A stretch of 64,000 nt of DNA from positions 4,057,111 to 4,121,110 of the forward strand of contig MU058824.1 of the NCBI GenBank assembly GCA_013265495.1, given 5' to 3'. The notes under the pieces were generated by a model, which saw only the letters and a program-made list of their open reading frames with translations, had not been told where the DNA came from and made no database searches. Positions 39,166 to 52,400 of this stretch are shown here, piece by piece. The translations under genes were made by a program, and so were the position numbers. Within the stretch, counting starts at the first letter, position 1; each line of letters opens with the position of its first letter. The stretch is from Vicugna vicugna. Lineage: Eukaryota.

Positions 39166-42100
39166 ACCATTGACCTTATCTCATGCTTTGCAAGCTGTCT
39201 GGTTACTCAGCTGCCTCCCAGATGGACTCTGAGCTCCTAGAATCCTGAGCCTTTGACTTAGTCATTTTATTAGTCATTTAACTCTGTCCCTAACATAGTA
39301 GACAAACTAAAGACTCAAAGAAATTGCATGGAATGCATGATAGCTGTCCTCTAACCAAATGAATAAATGAATGAGTGAGGAAGAGATTCCTAGGGATCTT
39401 TAAGTCAAAAGTCACAGACTTCATCTAAGGGTCTTTCTAAAAAAACCAGACCTAGATCTCACAATAGCAACATCCAAGGGAGAGACTACTTTCAGACAGA
39501 TTGTGAAAGACTGCCAAACCCCCAAAATAATGGGTAGGGGGAGGAGTCTTCAAGTATCCCTGCAAGGAAAGGTATTACCTTGGGTAACTGTGGGTGGCAA
39601 TGCAGGGTTAGAGCAAGGAGACGGTAATTTCTCTGTGAATTCCTCACTTTATAGCTTATGTTTTCCAACAGTTTTGTGAAGCATTCAGAGATAGACTTAT
39701 AGCTCCATTTTTTTTTTTTGAAGAGAAAATTGAGAATCAGAGAGGGAAAGCAACTAGCCCAAAGTTACACAGAAAAGAAGTTATCTTTGGATTCCAAACC
39801 AGAGAGTTTTTACAAGACTCTCCAATGTTCTTCTCAAAAGACTCTTGTATTCCTCCTGAGATTTGGCCCAAACCTGCACCCACCAAAGACTCCTAGGCAG
39901 AGGAAAGGAAGTAAAAAGAATAGTTGCTTTCCTGATGAGAGCACTTTCAGCCTATTTGCAAAGGGATCTCAGCAAACTAGGTATGAAGGGGATGGAGAGG
40001 GCAAGGGTGCAGGACTTGTGAAAGGAAAGGGAAAGGATTGAAGCTTCTGGATGGCAGGATTTTGCTGTAGATCATTTGGGCCTCTCCCTCCTCTCAGAAG
40101 CCAGCTTGGTATAATGTTCTGAGCCTGAAACTCCTACTCCTTATTGCTCAGCTCAGTATGAATGTTGGGGAGTGATATATTGGGGGAGCAGAGTAGTGGG
40201 AGGGAGAAGGGCATTGTCTGGATTTCACCAATTTACATCATTTGTGCCCCCATCTCTACTCTTAATGCGCTCTATACAGGCTTCTATTATGGGTCTTAAC
40301 AAGCCACCTCTGTCTAAATTGTATGAACTCTTTTCTGGGATATTTGACAAAGAATGAATGATTTCTGCAGTTTCTCAGGAATCACCTGATAAATATTAAT
40401 AATTGAGATAAGAATAAAAGAGGAGATGTTAAATGTAAGTATTTACAGATACTTCTGCCTTCTCTTTTTACCCTCTCAGCAATAGAATAACAGAAGCTGA
40501 GAGTAAATCAGACTCCTTTTCAAGAGGAAGAATGGGAGCAGGGAAGGAGGAGAAGGGGAATCGGTAGAAGTTGGGAATGGGAAGAGATGGAGGCCATCAA
40601 ATGAGCTGTCACCCTAAAGAGTGGAACTCTGGGGACAGAGTTTCGTAATAATGATTTTCATGAAATAATTTTGTGTTTTGTGATACAATTCCCCTCTTGT
40701 TTTCAAGGGCATTCAGTAAAGATTTATTCTGTTGTTCAATGCCTTTTTAGAGCCACATTTTTGTTTCTCTTGGATGCATCAGTCCTAATTTTGTCCTCAG
40801 AGTGACAAGATACGTACCAGTTAAGTAATAATAATTTTAATATTACCACTACTAATAGCAACTACTTCTTATTGAGTGCTTGTAATATTCCAGGTTCAGA
40901 TATTTTGTAGTCTCATTCATTGCATTTAAATTTTTTTCTAATTGAAGCAAATAATTTTGTATGATTGTTGATCCATAGACAATTGCAGTTACATTCTATT
41001 CCTGGAGGTAAACTCATTGTCTACAGGGATCAGGCTCTAGTGAAGTGGACTGTGACTAACAGTATGTAATTACTATTGACCATGAGGGTCAGGTGATAAA
41101 GGGAGGAATAGAGACTGGTCAACTGGAGAGGCCATGCTCCAGGGAGGGAACTGCTAGTTAGTCCCAACCAATTTTTGTCCTAAGGAAATGTAGTCTCATT
41201 GTTACTAGATCTTGTGTCATTTTTCCCAGAGAAGCCAGAAATGCCTTTTCGTGTATTTCTAATTTTTAAGTTTTGTGTTCTTTTTGAAAAAAATTAAATA
41301 TAAATCTCTAGGATCACTAGCTTGTGGTTTCTCTCTATTAAAATGGGCAAATGAGGAAAAGATAAAATTAATGTCATTTAGTTAGGAAAGCTTGAGCCAC
41401 TTGACTCTTGAGGGAAAAAAAAGAGAGAGAGAGATCAGAATGAGGACAAGGTTTGTTGCAAGGTTTCTGTAGATACTTGGTTTCTTCATTACCCAGTTTG
41501 TGCACTTTTAGGTCTGTATTTTTCTAACTCAACTGCTAGATTTCCCTAAAGGAAATTGATACTGGATGGGGATGACACAGTGAAATCAATTTCTCAAATT
41601 TAAAAGATAGGCTGTGTTCCAGATCTGTCCTGGGCTTCCCCACATTTCCAGCTACAGTAATTCCTGGGACTGGGTCCTACTTGGGGTCCAGAGGAGAAAT
41701 CCTTTTCTTTAAGTCCTTCCATCTGCATGGTACACTCTTGCTGTTCTGTGTTCTAAGGCCAGAGAGAGAGCAGGGGTGGAGGAAGGGAATGGGAGTAGGG
41801 GAAAGGGAGGGAGGTTCTCAGGCTCAAATAATGTCAGAGCAGGGAGGGACCTTAGATAAGATTCTAGCCAAATTTGTTTATTATCTTATTTTTTTCCTTT
41901 TTTTTATTGAGTTAATAGTCAGTTTACAATGTTGTGTTAGTCCAATTTTTTTAATCCTTTTTTTTAACATTACAAAATGAAGATATACTTGTGGTAACAG
42001 ATTGCTATAAACAGAAAGTAGATATTCCTTCCTCTCCTGCCTTCATCTGCAGATGGAGAAACAGGCTCATAGTGTGAAGTGACTATGCAATGTCATTTAG

Positions 42101-43487
42101 TGAGAGTGCACGGGAAGTTTTCATGGAGACAGACACTGAGGCTGGGCAGGATTGTTTCCCATAGAAAAGGAAGAGGCTGGGATGTTGAAGAGAAGTTTCA
42201 TTCAATTATCTCTTTTTATATCTGAAACTGAGAAGAAAAACAAGAAGAATAGGGCATTCTTTAAATATATATTATACTATGGTACTGTGCTCAGAATTTT
42301 ATATGCTTTTTTACTTAAGTAGTTCCGCCCTCCTGGGAGGGAGGTGTAATTATTCCCATATTAGAAATGAGGAAACTGGAGATCAGAGGGCTAATTAATT
42401 GCCCAATGTCACACTACTAGAAATGTGGAGTAACTAGAACCTAGGTCCCTCTGACCCTCCAGTTTCAACCCTATGTCACCTGTGTGAATTAAAAACAGGT
42501 ACCTCTGCCTCGGGAAGAGCTCATGGACATGGGGGAACATCTTCTGAGCACTGGTCGTGCATTCTGCTTTCAAGCTCATGGCCCTTAACCACTATGCAAT
42601 AATGGTTTATCAAAAGAATGATGATATTTTCATTATGATAAGTCTGTATTAATTCTGCAATTTCTCTCTTTCAATTTTTATTCTGTACTGAGAGAATGGG
42701 AAATAGAGATTCAGTATCTGCTGGCATACTATAAGAAGCAGATACAAGAAAAGGGAAGAGAGTCATACTGCTCAGACACAGTGACACCACATCTTGGTCA
42801 GCAATGAAGAGAACCCTGGAGATCTGGGTTCTAGGGTTACCTTCCACCACAATCTAGCTATTTGACTTTGGTCTTGGTTTTCTCATCTGCACAGTGGTAT
42901 AAAAAAGGGATTGAACCAAATGAATTCTGAAGTTCCTTCCAGCTCTAAGATCTATGTTCCCAAGAAAAGATGAAGGTGCCCAGTGGGGAGATGTTTTAAA
43001 ATCAGCAAGAAACCTAACACAATGAAAGAGAATAGTAGAAGATAGGCAGACTACAGAGATCTGAGACATTGAAAAGTCGTATCTAGTCTCAGCTGAAATG
43101 AGCCCTTGCCCCCGTGAGATGGGCCATGGCATTGTTGGCTAGTTCTGATGGTTAGAATTCCTTATAATGAGTCAAGGTTGCTTTCTTGGTCCAAGCTGTG
43201 CCATGGGGACACAGAGCCCATTTCAAATACACTTCCCCAAGATAGTTGTATAAATATTGGAAAACAGGAGTATATCTTCCCAGAGTTATCTCTTCTCCAG
43301 GCTAAATGTCCTCTGGACTGCCATTCATCCCTCAAAGAACATGGTGTTAAGTCCCTTGACCTAGGTTCATTCATTCAACAAACATTAATTAAGCATATCA
43401 CATGTGCCAGTTTCTGTGGGAGTAACTTGGAATACAGAAGGGGAATAAGACGCAGTCCCAGCACTCAAAGGGTTTAAGTATGGGCCC

Positions 43488-43738
43488 AGTTCGTGGCACC
43501 CCAAAACAAATACAATACTAATATCAAAGATCACTGATCACAGATCACCATAACAAATAAAATAATGACGAAAAAGTTTGAAGTACTACAAGAATTACCA
43601 AAACAGACATGAAGTGAGCTGTTGGAAAAGTGGGGCTTTTAGACTTTTTAAGACTTCCTCAATGCATAGTTGCCACAAACCTTCGATTTGTAAAAAACTC
43701 AATGTCTGTGAAGTGCAACAAAACAAGGCATGCCTGTA
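43488..43738. mobile_element. Tigger2-like DNA transposon end fragment
   Basis: aaagatcactgatcacagatcaccataac...gttgccacaaaccttc...ggcatgcctg|ta terminus. Confidence 0.7.
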
Positions 43739-46700
43739 TTATCTAATGGGGATGACAGACAGAGAAGCTCCTAAACTACTGCACCAACCCTAGTAGAAGG
43801 TGTGCAAGTATAGTGGGAGTCCAAGAGGAGATAGTCAGTTCCACCCAGGAGGTCAGGACGGCTTCATGGAGGAGGTTAGACTTCTGCCTCCGTAGGTCCA
43901 TGCATAAGTCACTTTATCTTCCTCTTCATCCAAGGACTTTACCTCCTTCTGCATTCTTTTCTTGGCATTTCTCTAACACATCCTGTTGGAGTGTTATGTT
44001 TCAGGAAAATTTTTAAAAATATATTCATCTGCCACCTTAGAAATGTTTTCATAAGAAGAAAATCTAGCAGCTTGTGACAAGAATGACTATTTCAGCACAA
44101 AGTCTGAGATAATTTCACCAGCTCCCATTCTTCTGACAGTCCATCCAACCTGGCTTCCTCTCTTTTTTCTTCTCTTTTTTTCCTCTCTCTTACAGTCTTT
44201 CTCTCACTCTCCCTTTCAAGGCATTTTTATAGTCTCATGCTTATTCCTTACAACACAGCTTTTTGATAAACTCAAAGGGGTTAAGAGACTTGGCAGAGGG
44301 CCCAAGCTGGGAAGTGGCAGAAGCAGGATTTGAACCTAGGTCTTCTGATAAATATTCACATTCAATTACAGGAAAGAGGTCACCGGGTTTCTACCTGACC
44401 CTTTGCTAATCTAAGAGTGCATAGTTGAAAATATAATTGTTTCCATGACACACCAAAACTCAGGCCTAAGTCTCCCATCTAATTGTCATCTAACCTTCCT
44501 GAATAAAATATCCTCTCCTAAATGCTTTTAACCTTTTTCTGCTAAATGTACATATATTCAACCATTCAATCATCACTTTCACATTAAAAACTTGTCTTCT
44601 CACAATTTCCTGAGCAGGTAAACTTGTAAAAGTCCTTTATCTTATCTTGAAGGGATGCAGCATGATATAATAAACACACTGTTTCCTAAACTTCAGTAAT
44701 TTGCATACTTCTTTCATAATTTTTATCACATTCTTGTACCAGTTGCAGTCCTTTTAAAAATATTTTAATTTTAATTCATTCACCTTTTCTACCTAAATTT
44801 TAAAAGAAACTTCAGATCAGTATATAATATCCCTATCCATAAAATCAAAGTTTGATGTGCTTTTTATGTTTCCTAAACATTAAGATAAAGGCATAATTAT
44901 TCGTATCTTTAAACATTTGCCCTGCACTACTTAAAGTAATCTCAGGAGCACATCAGTGAAGCCAGGGCTGCTGCATTTAAAAGTCTAAGTGTGCCATTTG
45001 CATCAGGGTCACATTAGAGCTGTTCAGGGGCACACATGACCTGTGTAACCCAGAGTAAATCTTGGGGACTTTAAAAAAAAAAAAGAAAAATAAAGAGAGC
45101 ATATAATGGGAGCCTATAAACCTGTGCTGTAGCTGAGGCACTGCCACTGATTTGCTGTGTGTCTACAGGAAAATCCTTCCACCTCTCTGGACTCCAGCTT
45201 CCAGATTTGAAAAATGAGAGTGTTGGATTCGAAGAGCTATAAAGTCCCCTTTTAATAGCCATAATCCTTCTTTTGAGTAGCCCTTGTCTTGCATATCGTT
45301 TTGAGGCTTTTCCTAACTTTTAATCCCAGAGAAAAGCCTTGTTATTATTATAATTCAGCCAGATACAATGGGTACTTACAGACTAAGGAAGAGAATTTTC
45401 TTTGCTCCTGTGTTCAGTTGGGGTTCATGTTGTGCAAGAGGGCAGCTCCAGGCAAAATTGTGGGTTTGATGTTATTGTACAGAATCAGGTGCTATCACTA
45501 TGGTTAACTATATTGCTATTTATGAACTTTTCCCCCTCTTGACTAGAGAATAAACTCTTTGAAGGCAGAAGATGAAATCCTCATAGTACATTAATGCAGT
45601 AGGATCTTAGTAACTGTTCAAAATTGGGAGCAGAGGGAAAAGAGATGAAGGAGAAGGGAGGAAAGGGAGGAAAAGATGGGAAGGGAGGGAGATGGGACTG
45701 GAGGGCTTACCCTTTTATTCCTTAGAATGAACTAAATCATTTTGGTTCATCACAGGAATAACACCTAGATCTGAAGGGGGATTTTCTTCACTATTTCTAT
45801 TCACTGTCTTAATTTTCAACAGTGCATTATTTCATGTAGTAGAAATCTCATGTAGGATGTTTTTCTAATCCTTTCACCACAGTTAAGCCTATTTTGAGAT
45901 TTCCCTTATGTATCCTCAACTTATTATTCACAAACGCACCTTATTTAAATGACTTAAATGCATTGCTAATTATTATATATTTCCATTCATTCATTCATTT
46001 ATTCCAGAAATTCTTTTGAGCCCATACTATGTGTCAGGAACCATGTCAGATATTGTCGAAACTATAATGATGATTAAGATATGGCTCATGACTTAAAAGT
46101 TTTCATAAGCTATTTTGGGAGACAGGTAATTTAGAAGTGACCCTTGACATTTGTGAATTATTATTCATTGTTTCAGCTATTCAATTTACAGCCTCAGAGA
46201 CCCATGACATGAATTTAATTGTATTGAGGATAATTGTACTGATACTGTGGGCTGTTGAGAGGATTAACTGAGATAATATATTTTAAAATACTTAGCATGA
46301 ATATGAATCAAGAACATTGTAAGAATCTTATACAGTTGGGACTCACATGGCTGGCCAAGACAAACACAGAGTAAGCAAATGGGATAGGTTGCAAGAAGAG
46401 GGAAATGTGGGCAGAATATCCAATGCTCCAAGTTTGGGGGAGAGATAACATTTCTTATAATCAATAGAAATATGGCAGACCATGAAAAAATATATGAAAT
46501 CAGTGGTACAAATTATAAAACATAAGTCACAGTCCAGGTTCTTATGTGGCACTATTTTAAAAAATCACAAGCTACTTATCAAGACTGAAAATAAAAAGCA
46601 TGAGCACACTGGTGTAAGTCCGGTGATCATTCTTCTTGCCATCTCTTCCTGGATGATGTTCTGCATCCCTGTGTACACATAGAGTTATTCATATCAATTC

Positions 46701-49374
46701 TTACACAGTTTTGCGTCATTTAGGACCAGATTTGTGATTCAGCTGTCAACCTTTGTTGACTCTTATTACATTATTCAAAATTGTCAAAAGAAAGAAATTT
46801 TTTCTTTTTTCATTTTTCCTCCCTGGCCTCCTTTCATTGGGAATATTCTGAGCAGCCCCTGTTCCATGTCTGTTTGTCTCTCTTTCAGCTCTTACTGTTT
46901 TGTTTTGTTTTGTTTTTCTGGCCATTGCTTCTTCCTTGCCTCATCAGAATTGTTTGGTGAGGTGGTCATATGGAATTAGTGTCTCAGAGACTGGAGAAAA
47001 CAACTGTGTCCTAGTGTTTGAAGGTTCAGAACCTTGGACAGCAACACAAGTGCCCTCCCCATTTAAACACTCTCATTATCCTATGCCTATGCAGACAATA
47101 ATGAACCGGAGTCACAAATGTGTGTGTCAGGGACCCGCCATAAGACTCAACTTGGTAAGTGTTATCCTAGCAGAATAAACAAAGTTCTGTAGAAGAACCA
47201 AGGAAGGAGAGATTTAAACTTCCTAAAGAACCCAGGAAAGTTTCATAAAGAGGGTGACACCATACTGGGACCCCACAGAATAATAATCATAGTATCCAGC
47301 CTTTTGAGCTAAAAGGGATCTCAATTGTCATTTTATACAATTTTAGGTTTAAAAACATTTTGCTTTAGTGTGTCAGGATTAGAATTGGCTGCTTATAACA
47401 GAAAGCCTAAATAAATAACTTTAAAAAACAAGACAGAAGTTTGTTTATTTCATATAAATGAAGTCCAGAGATAGTTTATATAGAGCTGATACAGAGACTT
47501 CACAGTCATTAAAGACCCAAGATCATTATGTATTTCTCTTCCACTATCCTTAGTGAATTCAGTTCTGTGAAGGGCAACTCATGATGCAAGACAGCAGCTC
47601 AAATGTCAGCCCTTACATCTGTATTCCAGGCAGAAATAAGGAGAGGGCAATAATGATACCTCTATTATCTAGGTGAGTCTCTTTTAAGGAGATGTCCTGG
47701 AAGTCCCTCCCTACAACTTCCATTCACACCTCTATGGTCATCCCTAGCTGCAAGAGAGGTTGGGCAAAGTAATATTTTAGCTGAACACATTACAGCCCAT
47801 GACAAAGTCAGAATTTTGTCTGTAAGATAGAAGAGGAGAGTAAATATTAGATAGGCAATCTTCAGTCTCTGCCACAATGAGTAGCCTCTGTAAGGGACCT
47901 TGTGGGCCATGTTCTCTGTATTCCAGAGAGTAGCACAGTGAATGAAAATGTGTATGAATAAACTGCATTTTGGGAAAATTGCAAGGTCTCTGATTCCCCA
48001 TGGAGGGTTCTCCTCACTGCACTCTATTTCCCAGAATTTCCATTCACTGGTCCTTGTTCTCCTCTGAAGTCATCAGGATCAGTTCTGCCTTTTTCTTACA
48101 TGGCAAACGTTCAGATATCTGGAGACACTTCTCTTGTCCTATCCTTTTCCCCAAACCCTTAATTTCCCAGAACCATGACCTCCACCCTCTTAGCCATTTC
48201 TCGTAAGACGTGACCACTCGATACTCCCTTTCAATTTAGTTTAATGGCAGAAGCCAGGAATGAATGAATCTATTTTAACCATGGGCAGGACCTAATTTCA
48301 GGTGCTGTCTGGGCTCCAAACTGACTAAAATAAGGCCTTATAAATTATTTTATTAAGTTTCCCTGCAATTAAACCTATTACAAAATGGATGGGGGAAAAA
48401 AGACATGTGAAAATTAAAACAACATCCCCAAAGCTGTTACTTGATATTCACAAAATATTACCTCCCTTGTGTTTTATATTAAAGCCCCTGGCATAGTGGA
48501 GTTTTGCCTTTTGGTTGCAGTCCCAGGTGCTGCTTCCCTGCTTCCCTTGGGAGTTGAACAACCAGCTCTCATGCCCTTATTTTTCTTCTCTTCAAAGCCT
48601 TGGGTCTCTCTTATTGAGACACTATTCACACACTGTAGCGTGGGGCTTGTATGCAGTATCCTGCATGATCAGTGGGAGCTTTTCTAGAAGATGCAGCCTC
48701 CAGCCCAAGGCCTCAAATTTGCCTGATCTCCCATTAATCATCCCACGCACCCCTGGGCCCAGCCTACCTTTCTGCTCTGGATTCCCTGATTAACTCTGCC
48801 TCCACATATTTTATGAATATATACACCCACTCATGTAACCACAACATAGATTAAGATACAGAATATTTATAGCTCCTAGAAGTCTCTTTTGTACCGCCTT
48901 CCAGTCAATACTCACCCCTCAACAATAGCCACTGTTCTGGTTAGTTTTGCCTGCCTTTGGACTTCAAATAAGTGAAATTAGCCTGTACATACTCTTTTGT
49001 GTCTGCTTCTCTCCTTCATCATTATGTCAGAGAGGTTCATCCATGTCATATATAGCAGTTTTTTGCCCTTTTCCATTGCTGTGTTCATTGTAGCAAGTGA
49101 TTCAAATATCATTTCAATTTGAGTCTAGTGTATAGCCAAGATTGAGAAGCATGGCTCTAGAGTCAGAAAAAAACAGGGTTGGAATCCTATCTTCTTAACC
49201 TGGATTTGCCCCTGAGATGTCCATCATCAGGTGGTCTTTGGGCTCAGCTACACATTCAGCCTCACTTGGTTACTATAGGCCTCACTTGGTATCAGATTAA
49301 CTCACAAGGGACCGAGGTAAGAAACAGGATGCCAGCAGGACAGCATCTGGTGCTTCTCTTCAGCAAGAGTTCTT

Positions 49375-49555
49375 TCCTTTTTAATTTAATTGAAATATAG
49401 TCAGTTTACAATGTTGTGCCAATTTCTGGTGTACAGCATAATGATTCAGTCATACATGAACATACATATATTCATTTTTATGTTCTTTTTCACCGTAAGT
49501 TACTGCAAGATATTGAATATAGTTCCCTGTGCTAGACACTATGAACTTGTTGTTT
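49375..49555 (-). mobile_element. Short 5'-truncated L1 3' end
   Basis: Same 3'UTR as the L1 at 18300-18460; TSD tcttcag(caa/tcg)gagttctt at 49357-49374 and 49556-49573. Confidence 0.85.
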
Positions 49556-51149
49556 TCTTCAGTCGGAGTTCTTGTACTCATCCAGTCTTTGGCCCCACCA
49601 AGTACCAAGAGACAAAATCACATCAGCAAGTGTGGTGATAACCTTAGCTTAGAAATGCCCTGTCCCAAATAAGAATCAATACCTTGTGTCCCATAGGCAT
49701 AGCTTTCAGGTTCTCTGTGGAAGATGAATCTAGTCACAAGAGTCACTGTGCTTAGGGAGGCCCAAAGCCATGGCTTCCCACCAGGTAACTTATACATCCT
49801 CGCCCAAGATGCACTTTACTAATCAGGGGTTATTTTTACCATAAGCAATGCTGCCTAATACTATAGCTGACTTCACACCTTTATTAGATTCCAGGGGGAC
49901 AGAGCTATAAGGTTAGACCAAATCTGTCCTAAGAGAAGGAGAAAGGAAAACACTCTATTCATACCCGCTTCAGCTGATATGCTGACCTTTACAGAGTAGT
50001 TAACCAACAAGATTAGGTCTGAAAATGTCCCTGTTCCTTGAGTCAAAAACAGTTTTAGGCACATGAAGATGCTTCATCAATATTTGTTAATAAGCAAATT
50101 AATGATAAATAACAACAAAACTACTTGATTTTATGTTACCTTGGGCAAGTGTTAATTTCTCTAAATCCCTGCTACTTCTTTTGTAAAACGAGGATAATAA
50201 TAGTTCCCTTCTCATTAGGACTGTTGTGAGGGATGTGAGATAATGTATATAAAAGATATTACAAACAGCTACACTGAAATTTTATTATTATAGATGGAGA
50301 GAGGAGGTCTAGAGAGAGAGAGGGATGTGCACCAGGTCCTATATGGTGGCAGAACAGTTCAGGTCTCCTGACTCCCCAGTGCCTGTCCGTAATGCCATGT
50401 GGGTCCTTACCCAGTTAATGTATCAAAAATCATAAATCTCAAACCAATTAGGATTTTTGTCCAGGAGAGAAAACTTTTGTGAAGATCCATTTTGCATTGT
50501 GTTCTCATCACCCATCCTTCACAGAACACAGTCCATTCAGGTACATTTCTCCAAGTGTTCAGGATGAAATCAAGATTTTTCTCAAGGGCATGAGAAAAAG
50601 TGAAAATTATGCCCTTAGCAGACAAATGGCAAACAGAACCTCTAAGCATTCATTCTTGAAAGCTCTGGTTCCTTTTTCCTTTCCAACAGCCACTGCAGGG
50701 AGGGGGATGTGAAAGTAATATGATCAGAATGTAATGAAGGAACAAATCTCACTGGGAGTCAAATACCATTGTTTAAAAAAAAAAAAAAAGGCACCATGGG
50801 CAGAAGCCCAAAAATCAGAGGCTTCCCCCAGTGTTCTTTGAATCCATTTTTTAAGCTGTTAAAAACACCCTTAAAATAAACCTGCCATCTTGTGAGGACA
50901 GGAAGAAGGTTACCCATCTTTCCACCACCATCTGCAGGGCTAGCTCAGCTTTAGGCTTCCTTGAGCCACACTCCCCCGCCTCCAGCCTGTTCTTTACAAC
51001 ATGTCAGGGTGGGGTTGAGTATAGTCTTTTCCCCTAACTTAGCAAAATTCAATTACAGTTAAAATTTGAAGTGAACCAAGAAGAGACCATAGAAAATGTA
51101 GTTCATTTCACAATGCATTTTATTCTTGCGGCTTCACATTCTCGAATAC

Positions 51150-51378
51150 AGCTGACCCCTCAACAACGCAAGGGTTATGGTGCCCACCCGCCGCGCAGTG
51201 GAAAATCCCTCTGTAACACAGACTCTGCACTGGCGGTTCCTTTATATGCGCGGTTCCACATCTGCAGGGTCAGCCAATCGTGGATTCAACAAACAGTGGA
51301 TCCTGCAGTACCTGAGGAAAAAATCCTCTGTAAGTAGACCTGAGCGGTCCAAACCCGTGTTGTTCGGGGTTTAACCGT
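51150..51378 (+). mobile_element. MER8-like (Tigger) DNA transposon, CpG-rich copy
   Basis: ta|cagctgacccctcaacaac...gtgttgttcggggtttaaccg|ta TIRs with TA duplication. Confidence 0.8.
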
Positions 51379-51450
51379 AAGTTCTACTATTGTGCTTGGC
51401 CCGCTTGTATTTATTAGTCTGGGTATGGATCGGTTAGTTTGTGAGTAGGT

Positions 51451-51685
51451 TCAGGGCTCAGGATATATCCAGCATTAGAGATCAGTCTGCTGCTGGGGTC
51501 ATGGCTCAGACTGTAGTTGGGATCAAGGTTCACCTGGCAGCTGTGATTAGGGCCCAGTCTGTGGTGGGCTATGTGTATAGTCTGAGATTAGAGAAGAGAC
51601 CTGTCTGTGATCAGCGTTCGGGCCCAGTCTATATTGGAATCAGGTCTCAGCCTGTAGCAGAAATCACATTTGTCTGTGGTGAGTG
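51451..51685 (+). repeat. Degenerate 24-bp tandem array (~10 units), consensus ~TCAGGGCTCAGTCTGTAGYTGGGA
   Basis: Units start at 51451, 51475, 51499, 51523 and 51547 in exact 24-nt phase; later units drift. Confidence 0.75.
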
Positions 51686-51879
51686 CTGCGATTCAATCCA
51701 TAGCTGGGGTTATAGCAGGATAGATAGGGCTCTATTCAAGGAAAGACGGGCAGGAAGCATTGATCAGGAGTGAGTAAAGTCCACTGAAGGGCCTATAGAC
51801 CAGAGGACTGAACAGATGGGAAACAGAGAACCAAGGTGGGGGTGAGAGGGTCAAAACAGAGTTGGTGACCCCCAACAAA

Positions 51880-52400
51880 ATGGCTTAAATTAAAAGGACT
51901 GACAAAGTGTGGATGAGGCTGTGGAGCACCTGAAGCTTTCTTATATTAGTGGTAGGAGTATAAATTATACACCAACTTCGAACAACTGTTTGGCAGTATA
52001 TATAAAGCTAAGTATATGTGTACTCTGTGGTTCATCACTTCCACTCCTGGGATGAATAAAAACAACTGCTACATACAACATGGATAAGTCTCACAAAATA
52101 GTATTAAGCAAAAGAAGTCAGACACCAAAAAGCAGACATCATATGACTCCATTTATATGAAGTTCAAAAACAGGCAAAATTAACCTCTGGTGGCTAGAAG
52201 TCAGAATAGGAATTACATTTAGGGTGGTATGGACAGGAGGGGCCTAAAGGAGCCTTCTGGAAAGATAGTATGGTCTATATTGTGAAATGGATGGTGGTTA
52301 CACAGGAGACCATATATAAAAATTCACTGAGATGAACATTTAATAATCGTACACTTTACCATATGTAAGTTAAATTTCAATGTGAAAGAAAAAAGAAACA
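51880..52400 (+). mobile_element. Old L1 (L1ME-like) 3' fragment
   Basis: gactccatttatatgaagttcaaaaacaggcaaaattaacc and related phrases. Confidence 0.7.

Noticed and set aside
46700..46770. Minus-strand LTAESQIWS, faintly like homeodomain helix 3
   Set aside because: Too short, followed by a stop, lacks WF-x-N-x-R and has no upstream helices; probably chance.
51451..51685. CRISPR-like reading of the periodic array
   Set aside because: Mammalian context, no constant repeat with unique spacers and no cas genes; it is a tandem repeat.
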